From an uncultured Clostridia bacterium (GTDB taxonomy: Bacteria > Bacillota > Clostridia > Oscillospirales > Acutalibacteraceae): 64,000 nt of DNA. Under the pieces are notes generated by a model that worked only from the letters and a program-made list of their open reading frames with translations, searched no databases and was not told the DNA's origin. The DNA lies in assembly GCA_945983355.1 (NCBI GenBank), contig CAMFSU010000048.1, positions 20,367-84,366 of the forward strand, written 5' to 3'. The position numbers and the translations under genes are program-made. This document shows, in pieces, positions 47,064-55,437 of the stretch. Positions within the stretch are counted from its first letter, which is position 1; every line of letters starts with the position of its first letter.

Positions 47064-47246
47064 TTAATTACACTCGCTGTCGATTAGCTCAAGCTCGGCG
47101 GCTGCTGTGTCCCGCTTTTTCTGTAGCTCCTCGTCGGTGCTTAATGTTATATTTGCCTGCTCAAGAGCTAACGCCTGCTCCTTGATAATATCCGCCTGCA
47201 AGTGAGCAATAGCGCAGAGCCTCTCTACAAGCTCAAATAGGCTCAT
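47064..47246 (-). CDS. hypothetical small coiled-coil phage protein
   Basis: 60-aa ORF overlapping the upstream gene end. Confidence 0.45.
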   Translation of the reverse strand: MSLFELVERLCAIAHLQADIIKEQALALEQANITLSTDEELQKKRDTAAAELELIDSECN

Positions 47247-47613
47247 TGTCGGAGCCCTCCTCGCTGTCGGGAGGTGTCGGGAAAGTTACATTAAACGGAA
47301 AGCCCGCTTGTGTAGGCAAGTCCCTTAAAGCCTGGCGGTATACAGCCCAGGCTCCCGTAAAGATTTTCGAGAGCGAGGCAATAAATTTCGTAGCCGTTGA
47401 GGTGTCAAGCCCCAGGCGGTCAAGCGACATTTGCGCGTCGCTGTTATCAAGCAGCTTATTACGGATTTTGCGGACGAGTGCCGCCGCCTCCTCCTCGTTC
47501 TGCTCCTCACAAGCGGCAGCGTATGCCGCCTTTAAGGTTTCCTCGAGTTCTGCTTTTGTGGCTGCTGCCATTGCCTCAACCTGGGCGAGGCGTTTGTGGT
47601 AATTGTTTTTCAC
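47233..47613 (-). CDS. phage tail-fiber-assembly/chaperone-like protein
   Basis: GTG start with RBS ggaggg plus an 8-nt spacer. VRKIRNKLLDNSDAQMSLDR and WAVYRQALRDLP resemble Tfa-type chaperone motifs. Overlaps the RT 3' end by 38 nt. Confidence 0.5.
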   Translation of the reverse strand: MKNNYHKRLAQVEAMAAATKAELEETLKAAYAAACEEQNEEEAAALVRKIRNKLLDNSDAQMSLDRLGLDTSTATKFIASLSKIFTGAWAVYRQALRDLPTQAGFPFNVTFPTPPDSEEGSDNEPI

Positions 47614-48640
47614 GGTAAGAGCCCTCCAATTCTTTATAGAAATTTATCATTTTCCGCCGCTCGTGGTAGGTATCTCCTCGGGCAGCGTTTGCGAGCCAAG
47701 AAACGAGGGACTCGTGAGCCGTCCCTGGTGCATAGTCGCCGCTCTGCTCTTTAGCGTATAGCTTTTTGAGCTTGCGGCGTTGCTTGCCTTGTTTCTTTTT
47801 ACCCATTTTGCGTATAATCGCTCCCGAGTCGGTAACGATAAAACGCCATTGCAACATTTTTACGCCCTGTCGGAGAGGATAGAGAGTAGTTTTGCCGTTG
47901 AGCTCAAGCCCGATAGCGTTTACTTGCTTTTCTATCTCCGCGCGGCAATGCTGCAAAAATTCCTTGTCCTCGTGGATTAGTATAAAATCGTCCATATATC
48001 GTATATAGTGCTTGACTCGGAGCCGCTCTTTTATAAAGTGGTCGAGGTCGTCCAGGACGGCAAGAGCTACAAGCTGCGATACCTGGGAGCCGAGCCCTAT
48101 ACCAACATCACCGCCGAAAGAGTCTACAATGTCGCAGGCGTGCGCCGCTATTTGAGCGTCTTTAACCCGCTTACATATTGCAGCCTTTGCTATGTCGTGG
48201 CGTATGCTCGGGAAATAGTGGTGTATATCACACTTGAGCACCCACCCGTCGCAGCCGTGAGCTTTATAATAACGGCGTAAATGCGCCGTGATACGGTTTA
48301 GGGTATAATCGACTCCACGCCCGCGCAGGCAGGCGCAATTATCAGTTATAAACGATTTCGTTATCTGCTCATAAAGTCCGTTATCACATAGCGAGCGTTG
48401 AAATTGTCGGTCTTTTAACCTGGTCGCCACAATGTCGCGGCGTTTCGGCTCGTATATGGTAAAGTGTTGGTACCTATCTATTTTGTATTTGCCGCTCAAG
48501 AGGCTTTCTCGTAAGCGGTAAGTATTCTTTAGGGCGTTGCCCTCATAGCCTACGGTACTATCTTTCCAACGGATATTACGGCAGCTTTGTTTTAACCCCT
48601 TGTAGAGGTTGTCAAAAGATATTACTTGTTCGTATGACAT
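47576..48640 (-). CDS. DGR reverse transcriptase
   Basis: 354 aa from MSYEQVISFDNLYKGL. Contains EPKRRDIVATRLKDRQFQRSL, IGLGSQVSQ (DGR-type [IL]GxxxSQ) and YMDDFILIH (YxDD). Lies next to TR. The listed 425-aa ORF over-extends through TR. Confidence 0.9.
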   Translation of the reverse strand: MSYEQVISFDNLYKGLKQSCRNIRWKDSTVGYEGNALKNTYRLRESLLSGKYKIDRYQHFTIYEPKRRDIVATRLKDRQFQRSLCDNGLYEQITKSFITDNCACLRGRGVDYTLNRITAHLRRYYKAHGCDGWVLKCDIHHYFPSIRHDIAKAAICKRVKDAQIAAHACDIVDSFGGDVGIGLGSQVSQLVALAVLDDLDHFIKERLRVKHYIRYMDDFILIHEDKEFLQHCRAEIEKQVNAIGLELNGKTTLYPLRQGVKMLQWRFIVTDSGAIIRKMGKKKQGKQRRKLKKLYAKEQSGDYAPGTAHESLVSWLANAARGDTYHERRKMINFYKELEGSYREKQLPQTPRPG

Positions 48641-48787
48641 AATAAAGTAGGCGGACGCATATAAAAGGACTACCCCGTAAGGTACCTTTGTCGCCCGCAA
48701 TATTCCCTCCTTTCGGAGGTAGGACGGTCGCTCCTTGTGTGAGCTGCGCTGCTTTGGTCTATTGACTACTTGATACGGGCTATTCTC

Positions 48788-48916
48788 ACAATCGGGGGCG
48801 ACTCCGTTACCGTTAATCGCGTTGTTGTTGTTCAACGCTCCCGAGGTGTTCACATTGCGCTCGTTGTTCGCGTTCCCAGGGTTAGGGGAACGGAGCCAAC
48901 AGTTACGCGCCGAGCC
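48788..48916 (-). repeat. DGR template repeat (TR)
   Basis: 129 bp aligning with 49402-49530 at a constant offset of 614. Read in the VR frame it encodes GSARNCWLRSPNPGNANNERNVNTSGALNNNNAINGNGVAPDC, rich in AAC/AAT codons. Confidence 0.9.
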
Positions 48917-48934
48917 GAAAATATAGCAACCGCC

Positions 48935-49345
48935 CTACATATCTTTGTATTTTTCTTTGTCGGACTTTATCCAGGCTTTTAATAGGTCGTCTGTCTTGAG
49001 TATTAACCCCGTCCAAAACTCCGCTTTATCACCCGAAATATAGCCCGCGTCGTATGCGTCGTCGATAAGGTCTAATAGAGCGTCGAGGTGTGCGTGCGCC
49101 TTTACTTGTTCCATACGGCGGTAGCTGTATTCCTCGGCGTTGGTTACATATACCGAGTTAGCGTGCCGTATGCAAATACACGCCTCGCGTACCTCTGTAG
49201 CAATCGGCGAGGCATAAAGCCAACGGGTACTTTTTGGAAAGTGTTTCTCGTTTTTGAGTGCTGCTAATGAATACTTTTTAAGCTCTCGAGCTTTATTAAG
49301 CACTTGCAGCTTGCCCTCGCCTCTGTCGCCTTTTCTAACGCTCAT
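48935..49345 (-). CDS. avd: DGR accessory variability determinant (Avd-like helical bundle protein)
   Basis: 136 aa, helical and basic, located between VR and TR as in canonical DGRs. Carries an FPK...R...ANSVYV...R..Q pattern like four-helix-bundle Avd proteins. Confidence 0.7.
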   Translation of the reverse strand: MSVRKGDRGEGKLQVLNKARELKKYSLAALKNEKHFPKSTRWLYASPIATEVREACICIRHANSVYVTNAEEYSYRRMEQVKAHAHLDALLDLIDDAYDAGYISGDKAEFWTGLILKTDDLLKAWIKSDKEKYKDM

Positions 49346-49363
49346 ATTAAAACCTCCTTTTTA

Positions 49364-49381
49364 CCGCCTCTACCGAGGCGG
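49364..49381 (-). promoter_or_regulatory. hairpin with 4-nt GGTA loop downstream of VR (DGR target-recognition hairpin/cruciform candidate)
   Basis: Coding strand reads CCGCCTC-GGTA-GAGGCGG. It begins 8 nt after the target-gene stop and about 20 nt after the VR end. Confidence 0.65.
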
Positions 49382-49389
49382 ATTTTAGA

Positions 49390-51093
49390 TTATGCGATTA
49401 TACAAGCGGGGGCGACTCCGTAACCGCCAATCGCGCTGTAGCCGTACCACGCTCCCGAGGTGTACACATAGCGCTCGTAGCTCGCGTCCCCAGGGTTAGG
49501 GGAACGGAGCCAACAGTAACGCGCCGAGCCCGCCGCGTCATATTTGATACGCTCAATATTTGTAAAGCCCTCGTAATATTCCAACAGCTCGCCGTCTTTA
49601 ATAGCGGAGCTGTCCCAATCTCCGTAGATTTCGGGACGAGAGAGCATAAAAAACATATCGTTTAAGGTGTATACATTGTTTACGCTAAACTCGGTACCGT
49701 CGAGGCTGTTTACCTCAAATACGGAGTTAGTGCGGCAAGGAATAGCCGCAGGCTGTACCGCTGCCAAAAAGTCAGCGGGTAAACCTTTCATAAAGCCCGC
49801 TTTAGAGGTAGCCCAGGACGGGGCGCGGTCAAATTTGTTTGTAGGAGTCCACACGGAGCCCTCCGCTGCGTCGCTGTTGAGCCATTGACGAGCTGCGCTC
49901 TGTGCGTAGTTATTGGAGCCCCACATAATGCGTTGAGCACAATTAAGATTTTCGCTTGTGGCAGATGTCGCGGCAATGGTGCCGAGGCTTGTACCCTCCG
50001 AGCCCTCTGTAACAACAATACCGCTCTCAATAGCAGCAGTAGCCGCTACGGTAGCGTAAGTCGCAATCTTGCAGCCCGTAATTGCGGTAGAGCTCGAGTT
50101 AGTACCGAGCACAATTTGCCCGCCTGCGGGTACCGCTTTTGTCAATGTAAATTGATAGGTACCGTTTACCATACTTCCCGTAGCATAATTCCAGGTAAAA
50201 TTATAAGTGCCTGCGGGGATTTCCTCGGCTGCGTAGTAAAGTGCCTCGTATGCGTCAAATACGAGGGTTAAGTAGGTGCCCGCGCTGTTGCTGTATACAT
50301 ACTTTGCCTCGAGCGTCATACTGTGAGTGAGCTTACCGTTTGCCGCTGCGTGCTTGTCGTGGTCGCGTACAACCCAAGTAATAACCGCTCCCGTAGTAGC
50401 GTCCTCGGTTGTAAACTCGTAACCAACGGGAAATAGTTTTGCACCGAGCCCGAGGCGGACGGCGTTTTTAATATCCTCCCAGGTATTAACCGCTGTAAGC
50501 GTGTCAATATGTACGGTGGTTACAGTACCCTCTCTGTCGGTTACGCTGATAGTCGCGCCCGTTTCGGTCTGCACCGCTGAAATATTAACCTTTTCCGCGC
50601 CCTCGGCTGCGCCGTTGGCGTTGTCTGCTGCCTCGTTTGCAATTTCCGATGCAATGGTAGCCGCTCTCTCTGCTACGGTATTAACCTCCGCAAGAGCAGC
50701 GGTAAGAGCGTTAAACTCGTCGGAGCTTGCGGGTGCGTCTTTATCGAAAGCCGCCCGCTCCACATCAATATAGAAAATTTGTGAGCTCAAGAGAGCCTCG
50801 CCCTTATAAAGTCCGATTTCGGCAACCGCCACGCCTGCGGCTGCGAGTGCCTGCGGTGTCAGTTCGACAACGATAACGCCGTTTTCTACGGTTGCGTCAT
50901 TGAGTACGGTATGCCCGTCAGCTTTGGTAAGCTGCAAGCGGGGCGTTACGCCGTCCTCGATAGCGTAAGCCTGCCCGCAATTAAGCGGGGTAATTTCAAG
51001 AAAACGGGTTTTTGTGTCGTTCTGCTTTGCAAATACCGTAATAGGGTGCGTATCTCTGCCAAAATCGAGAGAAAGTTTTTGCCTAATTTCCAT
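49390..51093 (-). CDS. DGR target protein: BppU-like N-terminal baseplate/fiber domain + C-terminal C-type-lectin-fold variable region
   Basis: 567 aa. The N-terminus MEIRQKLSLDFGRDTHPITVFAKQNDTKTRFL is BppU_N-like. The C-terminus ARYCWLRSPNPGDASYERYVYTSGAWYGYSAIGGYGVAPACIIA is the VR. Confidence 0.88.
   Translation of the reverse strand: MEIRQKLSLDFGRDTHPITVFAKQNDTKTRFLEITPLNCGQAYAIEDGVTPRLQLTKADGHTVLNDATVENGVIVVELTPQALAAAGVAVAEIGLYKGEALLSSQIFYIDVERAAFDKDAPASSDEFNALTAALAEVNTVAERAATIASEIANEAADNANGAAEGAEKVNISAVQTETGATISVTDREGTVTTVHIDTLTAVNTWEDIKNAVRLGLGAKLFPVGYEFTTEDATTGAVITWVVRDHDKHAAANGKLTHSMTLEAKYVYSNSAGTYLTLVFDAYEALYYAAEEIPAGTYNFTWNYATGSMVNGTYQFTLTKAVPAGGQIVLGTNSSSTAITGCKIATYATVAATAAIESGIVVTEGSEGTSLGTIAATSATSENLNCAQRIMWGSNNYAQSAARQWLNSDAAEGSVWTPTNKFDRAPSWATSKAGFMKGLPADFLAAVQPAAIPCRTNSVFEVNSLDGTEFSVNNVYTLNDMFFMLSRPEIYGDWDSSAIKDGELLEYYEGFTNIERIKYDAAGSARYCWLRSPNPGDASYERYVYTSGAWYGYSAIGGYGVAPACIIA
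49402..49530 (-). repeat. DGR variable repeat (VR)
   Basis: 113 of 129 positions are identical to TR. 15 of the 16 differences are at TR adenines on the coding strand, and one is T to G. Confidence 0.9.
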
Positions 51094-51105
51094 AGGTAAG
51101 CCTCC

Positions 51106-53082
51106 TTATACTGTGGTTAATGTAACGCTTTTCCAAGCGTACCATTTATTATCGTATCGGGTGCGAACATATACGGCGGAGTTATCGTAGGCGGTGTACC
51201 GCTGCATAATATATCCGCTCGGGTTAGCCATAACCTCCAAAAAGCCCGCAATAGCTTTCGGGTAGTGCTTGTCGGTGCTTGCGTTAGCGTTTAACGCCTG
51301 GGTGTATATGCCGCCCGCCACGAGGTTATTTAAGTCCTCTGTACCGTCGAGAGCCGCCACGAGTCCGAGCACATTAAAACCGTTCATCATAACCGAGCCG
51401 TCAACATCTAAAGCCGCCGCAGGCTCGCGCTTGTTTATACCCACCTTTTTACGGCGGAGCGCAAGTAGCGGCGTGCCCTGCGGTACCGTTATTGTAACGG
51501 TGTCCGAGGTCAGCTTGTCGGTAACGAGGAATTGCACATAATAGGAGTAGTCGGCGTCCAGGCTTAACCACTCGTCGGACTTAAAATTAAAGCCGCTGTC
51601 GTCGTATTCTGTGTAGCTCGTAATATCCGTATAGCTGCCGTATGAGCTGTCGCTCGTCTTTCGGTATCGGTAATACAAATAGCGGAGGCTGTTTTTGTTT
51701 ACGCCGCCAATGGTTACGGGCGTAATGTCGCCGCCGATTGTTACCTGGGTTGTGTCCTCAACCTCATTTACACGGCGCATAGTGTACTCGGTAATATTGA
51801 TACCCTCATACTCGAGGACGGTAATATTAACCGTTACCGCTGTCGTGTAGCCTCGAGAGTCGATAGCCGTAACGATAACGGGGACGGTGCCTTTATCGGG
51901 TAAGGTGCCTACCGTTATTGTGGTAGTTGTACCCGAGGCGGTTTTAGAGCCCGCCACAACAGAATAGCTCGAAATGGTCGCGCCGTTCTTTGCTGTAGCT
52001 GCTGTCAAAGTCAGCTTTAGCGTTGAGATATTCTGTATTAAAATTTGGTTGTTACCCGTAACGCCTACGGCTGTTGCGTTGGAGTCCTCAAAGGTAAACG
52101 CCGTAAAGGTCGGCGCAGAGTTCGCGGAGGTCGTCTGCACCGTCGCCGTTTTCTCCGAGGCGGTACCTATTTGCGTTGTGCCGCTATAGGTAGTCAGCGT
52201 AAAGGTACCCGTAAAGCTCTTTAGAGCCGACATAGCCGCAAGCACCGTAGAGCGTTGCGCTGCGGTAAGCGTTATAGTGTTCGAGCCGTTGGATAAGCTC
52301 AAGCCCGTTATAGTTAAAATGGTTGTAGAGCCGTTTTTAATAACGAGCGTGTGCGTGTAGCTCGTGTTGTATACCGTTACCGACATTGTTATTTTTGCCG
52401 TAGCTGCGTCGGCGGTAAAGGCACTCACGGAGTATATAACCGAGCCGCCAAGCGTTTTTACGGAGGTTTTACTCGAGTAGCCGTCTACATCATTTGTCTT
52501 TTTTCTCGCGCATACTTGTATGCTGTACGAGGTGTTAGGCGTAAGCCCCGTTATTGTGTATTCTTTAGAGGTGCCGTCCGTAGAGTTAAACTCCACCCAA
52601 GAGGAGCCGCCGTTTGTTGAATACCACCAACGATTAGCGGTAGTCGAGGCTGTAACCGTAATTTTTACGCTTGAGGCTGTTATATTAGAGGTTGCAAGAG
52701 TAACCGTAGGAGCTGTGCGGTCAATATTTGTAAGAGTCATACTGCCGCCGTACTCTTGCTCGGTGGAGTAGTATACTCTCGTCGAAAATCCTACCGTAAT
52801 ACTCTTTTTGCCGTCCGAGCCGTGAGCAACGGTAATAGTGCCGCTCGTTGAGCCTTTAGCTGCGGGAAATACTTTTGAGTCCCAAGAGGTCGCGCCTTTG
52901 CTATAAACGACGGTACCGTTAATTGTTACGGTAGTCGGGGCGGTGGAGTAGTAGTTTACCGAGCCGCCCAAGCATTGCAGCGTCCAGGTAAGCGTAGAGG
53001 TGTTAGCCTTTACATTTACAGACTCGGTAATAGTGAGCTGTAAGTATCTGCCCTCATAAGAATTACTCTTAAATGTTGCCAT
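51106..53082 (-). CDS. phage tail fiber/receptor-binding protein (DUF859-like N-domain, FN3-like repeats, pyocin-knob-like C-terminus)
   Basis: 658 aa. MATFKSNSYEGRYLQLTITES...TLTWTL is DUF859-like. WWYSTNGGSSWVEF...YTITGLTPNTSY is FN3-like. C-terminus is GIYTQ...GFLEVMANPSGYIMQRYTAYDNSAVYVRTRYDNKWYAWKSV. Confidence 0.7.
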   Translation of the reverse strand: MATFKSNSYEGRYLQLTITESVNVKANTSTLTWTLQCLGGSVNYYSTAPTTVTINGTVVYSKGATSWDSKVFPAAKGSTSGTITVAHGSDGKKSITVGFSTRVYYSTEQEYGGSMTLTNIDRTAPTVTLATSNITASSVKITVTASTTANRWWYSTNGGSSWVEFNSTDGTSKEYTITGLTPNTSYSIQVCARKKTNDVDGYSSKTSVKTLGGSVIYSVSAFTADAATAKITMSVTVYNTSYTHTLVIKNGSTTILTITGLSLSNGSNTITLTAAQRSTVLAAMSALKSFTGTFTLTTYSGTTQIGTASEKTATVQTTSANSAPTFTAFTFEDSNATAVGVTGNNQILIQNISTLKLTLTAATAKNGATISSYSVVAGSKTASGTTTTITVGTLPDKGTVPVIVTAIDSRGYTTAVTVNITVLEYEGINITEYTMRRVNEVEDTTQVTIGGDITPVTIGGVNKNSLRYLYYRYRKTSDSSYGSYTDITSYTEYDDSGFNFKSDEWLSLDADYSYYVQFLVTDKLTSDTVTITVPQGTPLLALRRKKVGINKREPAAALDVDGSVMMNGFNVLGLVAALDGTEDLNNLVAGGIYTQALNANASTDKHYPKAIAGFLEVMANPSGYIMQRYTAYDNSAVYVRTRYDNKWYAWKSVTLTTV

Positions 53083-53094
53083 AGTGTCGCCTCC

Positions 53095-55437
53095 TTAATC
53101 GAGCAGTACAATATCAAGCCCCGCGCTCTGCGGTACAAACTTGCCTTTGCCTACTGTCAGCTCGTCCGTTACCTCGGTTTTGCGTAAAGTAGTAAGGTCT
53201 TTGTTTACGGTAAGGACTACCGCTCCCGCGTGCTTAACTGCAAATTGCGTATGGTCTATAATGGTTTCTGTGGAGCTCTCGGAGTTCGTAATATTAATGC
53301 CTCGGCGGTCTATCTTTACATTTTCGGTATAGATTTCGTTAGGTGCTGGAGTCCAATTTTGCTTTTGGCTGCCCTCCGCTAACATAAAGTCCGCCACATA
53401 CAAATAATAGCCCGTAGTACCCGCTGTAAGTGTTACGGTGTTACCCGCTGCCGTAAAGGTTAAAGAATACTCCGCCCAGGTGTTATTTATTGCCTGCTCA
53501 TCAAAAATAAAGGTATCATTACCGCCGTTATTGATAAGCACATAGCAGCGGTTAGCGGTGCCTCTTTTTGCCTTAAAGGTCAGCGTATACTCTTTGCCCT
53601 GCAAAACGGTTATTTCTTGCGATAGGGTACCGACGCGCAAGCGAAACATAGAGCCCGAGGCGGTATTGTTTACCGCGTCTGCCGTCTGCTGCGCTACAAC
53701 CGAGCCCGTATAGCTCCAATCGTCCGAAACGCCATTTAAGCCGCTCGAGTTTTTAATATTGTTTATACCGCCCGTTGTTTTGGTGGTATAAGAGAGCGTC
53801 AAGCTGTCTATTTTCTGCTCGAGGCTTGATATGGTCGTTTCGAGTGTTTCTACATCACCGTAAAAAACGGTTTCAATTCCTTTAATAACGCTCAATAGGT
53901 GCTCGTCGGCTGCGATAAATGCCTGCTCGACGCTCGAGGTAGCTACGCCTATTTCGTTTGTAACCGCCGTTTTGTACTCTTGAGAGATAGAGGAGGCTTG
54001 CACCGAGTCCGCCTGCAAGAGGGCACCGTTAAGAATACCCGCGTTAATAAAGTCGGCGACTATTGCGCCGTCCATTGTCATAGCGAGCGCGTACTCGCCA
54101 TTGTAGCCCGTAGAGGAGTAACCCAAGCCGCCGCTATTCCACCGCCACACATTAACAGCCTCCTCGATGGTAGGCGCGTCAAGTATGAGGATTTCTTGCG
54201 GCTTTTCCGCAGGGTTGAGGACGACATAGCCGCCCGAGTGTCCCGTAATAAGGCTCGTAGCGTTTGCTATTGCCTTTTTGAGCTGCTCTGTAGCTGCTGC
54301 CTGCCCTTTTTGTACAGAGGTCTTAATTTCCTCTATAGCTGCCTGCTGCTTGTTTACGGTGTCCGCAAACGAGCTTTTAGCGTCGCCGAGTTCGACGCTA
54401 TCGTATTTCTCCTCGAGGGTGTTATAGGTTGTCTTTATAACCTTTGCGCGAGCTGTTACGCCGAGCTTTGAAAATCGGACGGCTACGGTATCGCACATCA
54501 TAACCCGCTCAAGAGGTGCTATGTTTTTATATTCCTCGGTCTGCCATAGCTGAATAAAAGAAACGGTAATATTAACCTTTGGCACGCCGAGCTCCGCTGC
54601 CGCAGCGTATGCGGTAGCTTTGGCTCGTAAAGCCTCCTCGGTAATTGCCTCTCCCTCTCCGAAACGGTCTGTAAAATCCATAATATAGGCTTTACTGTGT
54701 CCGATATTTTCGGCGTTGTTAAGAGGCAGCACCTTTTCCGAGAGGTAAATATATACCTCTATTTTCTCGTCGCCCTCTCCGTCCTGGGAGTAGCGAGCAT
54801 ACGGCATAAGGTGCGTATAGCAATCGGCTATATTTGCCTCTTGCTTGAGGTCTTTTAAGTTTTTACCGTACTCGATACTTACGCCTCTATCGGAGCCGCG
54901 GTGCTTATGGAGCTTGACTACGAAATTATCAAACTCAAACTCGCCGCCCCACACATCAAGCACCGAGCCCGCCTGCCCGCCCAGGATAGCGCGGACGGAG
55001 CAAGGCGTTAAAATGGTCGAGCTGTTGAGGGTAGAAATATCGCTTATAGCAGTAAACGCGGACGGCAAGCCCGCGTCCTGGATAGCTCGAGTAATAGCCG
55101 CTTGCGGCGTTACATTTTTAACAGAAAAACCGAGAGTCGGTATGCCGTTAAGGTCGTAGCTGATATGCTCCGCTGAATATGTAACAATACCTTTAAGAGG
55201 CTTGCTCGATTTGTAAATACGGAATAGCTGCGGCTCGCTCGTGTCGTTGGCTTTCGCCTTGATAATGCAGCCCTCCGTAATTTGGTCGTACCATTGTCCC
55301 GTAATAGGGTACTGTAAAGAGCACTCATAGGAGCCGTTACGCTCCTCGGTTACGGTACACTTTGTAGCGTCTTTTAGAAAACCGATACCGTTATGCGTAA
55401 AGGTGCTCTCGTTTTTTGTGTATAAAATTGGTATCAT
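53095..55437 (-). CDS. tail-associated protein Tal (prophage tail endopeptidase family) with C-terminal carbohydrate-binding-like module
   Basis: MIPILYTKNESTFTHNGIGFL is the typical N-terminus of phage minor structural/Tal proteins. 780 aa. ATGA overlap with Dit. Confidence 0.8.
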   Translation of the reverse strand: MIPILYTKNESTFTHNGIGFLKDATKCTVTEERNGSYECSLQYPITGQWYDQITEGCIIKAKANDTSEPQLFRIYKSSKPLKGIVTYSAEHISYDLNGIPTLGFSVKNVTPQAAITRAIQDAGLPSAFTAISDISTLNSSTILTPCSVRAILGGQAGSVLDVWGGEFEFDNFVVKLHKHRGSDRGVSIEYGKNLKDLKQEANIADCYTHLMPYARYSQDGEGDEKIEVYIYLSEKVLPLNNAENIGHSKAYIMDFTDRFGEGEAITEEALRAKATAYAAAAELGVPKVNITVSFIQLWQTEEYKNIAPLERVMMCDTVAVRFSKLGVTARAKVIKTTYNTLEEKYDSVELGDAKSSFADTVNKQQAAIEEIKTSVQKGQAAATEQLKKAIANATSLITGHSGGYVVLNPAEKPQEILILDAPTIEEAVNVWRWNSGGLGYSSTGYNGEYALAMTMDGAIVADFINAGILNGALLQADSVQASSISQEYKTAVTNEIGVATSSVEQAFIAADEHLLSVIKGIETVFYGDVETLETTISSLEQKIDSLTLSYTTKTTGGINNIKNSSGLNGVSDDWSYTGSVVAQQTADAVNNTASGSMFRLRVGTLSQEITVLQGKEYTLTFKAKRGTANRCYVLINNGGNDTFIFDEQAINNTWAEYSLTFTAAGNTVTLTAGTTGYYLYVADFMLAEGSQKQNWTPAPNEIYTENVKIDRRGINITNSESSTETIIDHTQFAVKHAGAVVLTVNKDLTTLRKTEVTDELTVGKGKFVPQSAGLDIVLLD

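Noticed and set aside
47576-48640. RT as a retron or group II intron reverse transcriptase
   Set aside because: There is no intron domain V/VI-like RNA and no maturase/endonuclease extension. No msr/msd-type inverted repeats abut the RT. An adenine-biased TR/VR pair and an avd-like gene are present and fully explain it as a DGR.
48641-48853. N-terminal 71 codons of the 425-aa ORF listed for the reverse transcriptase (MNTSGALNNNNAINGNGVAPDCENS...)
   Set aside because: This stretch is the TR read in the VR frame, with Asn runs from AAC codons. DGR RTs start like MSYEQVISFDNLYKGL, and the Met at 48640 gives a normal RT of about 355 aa.
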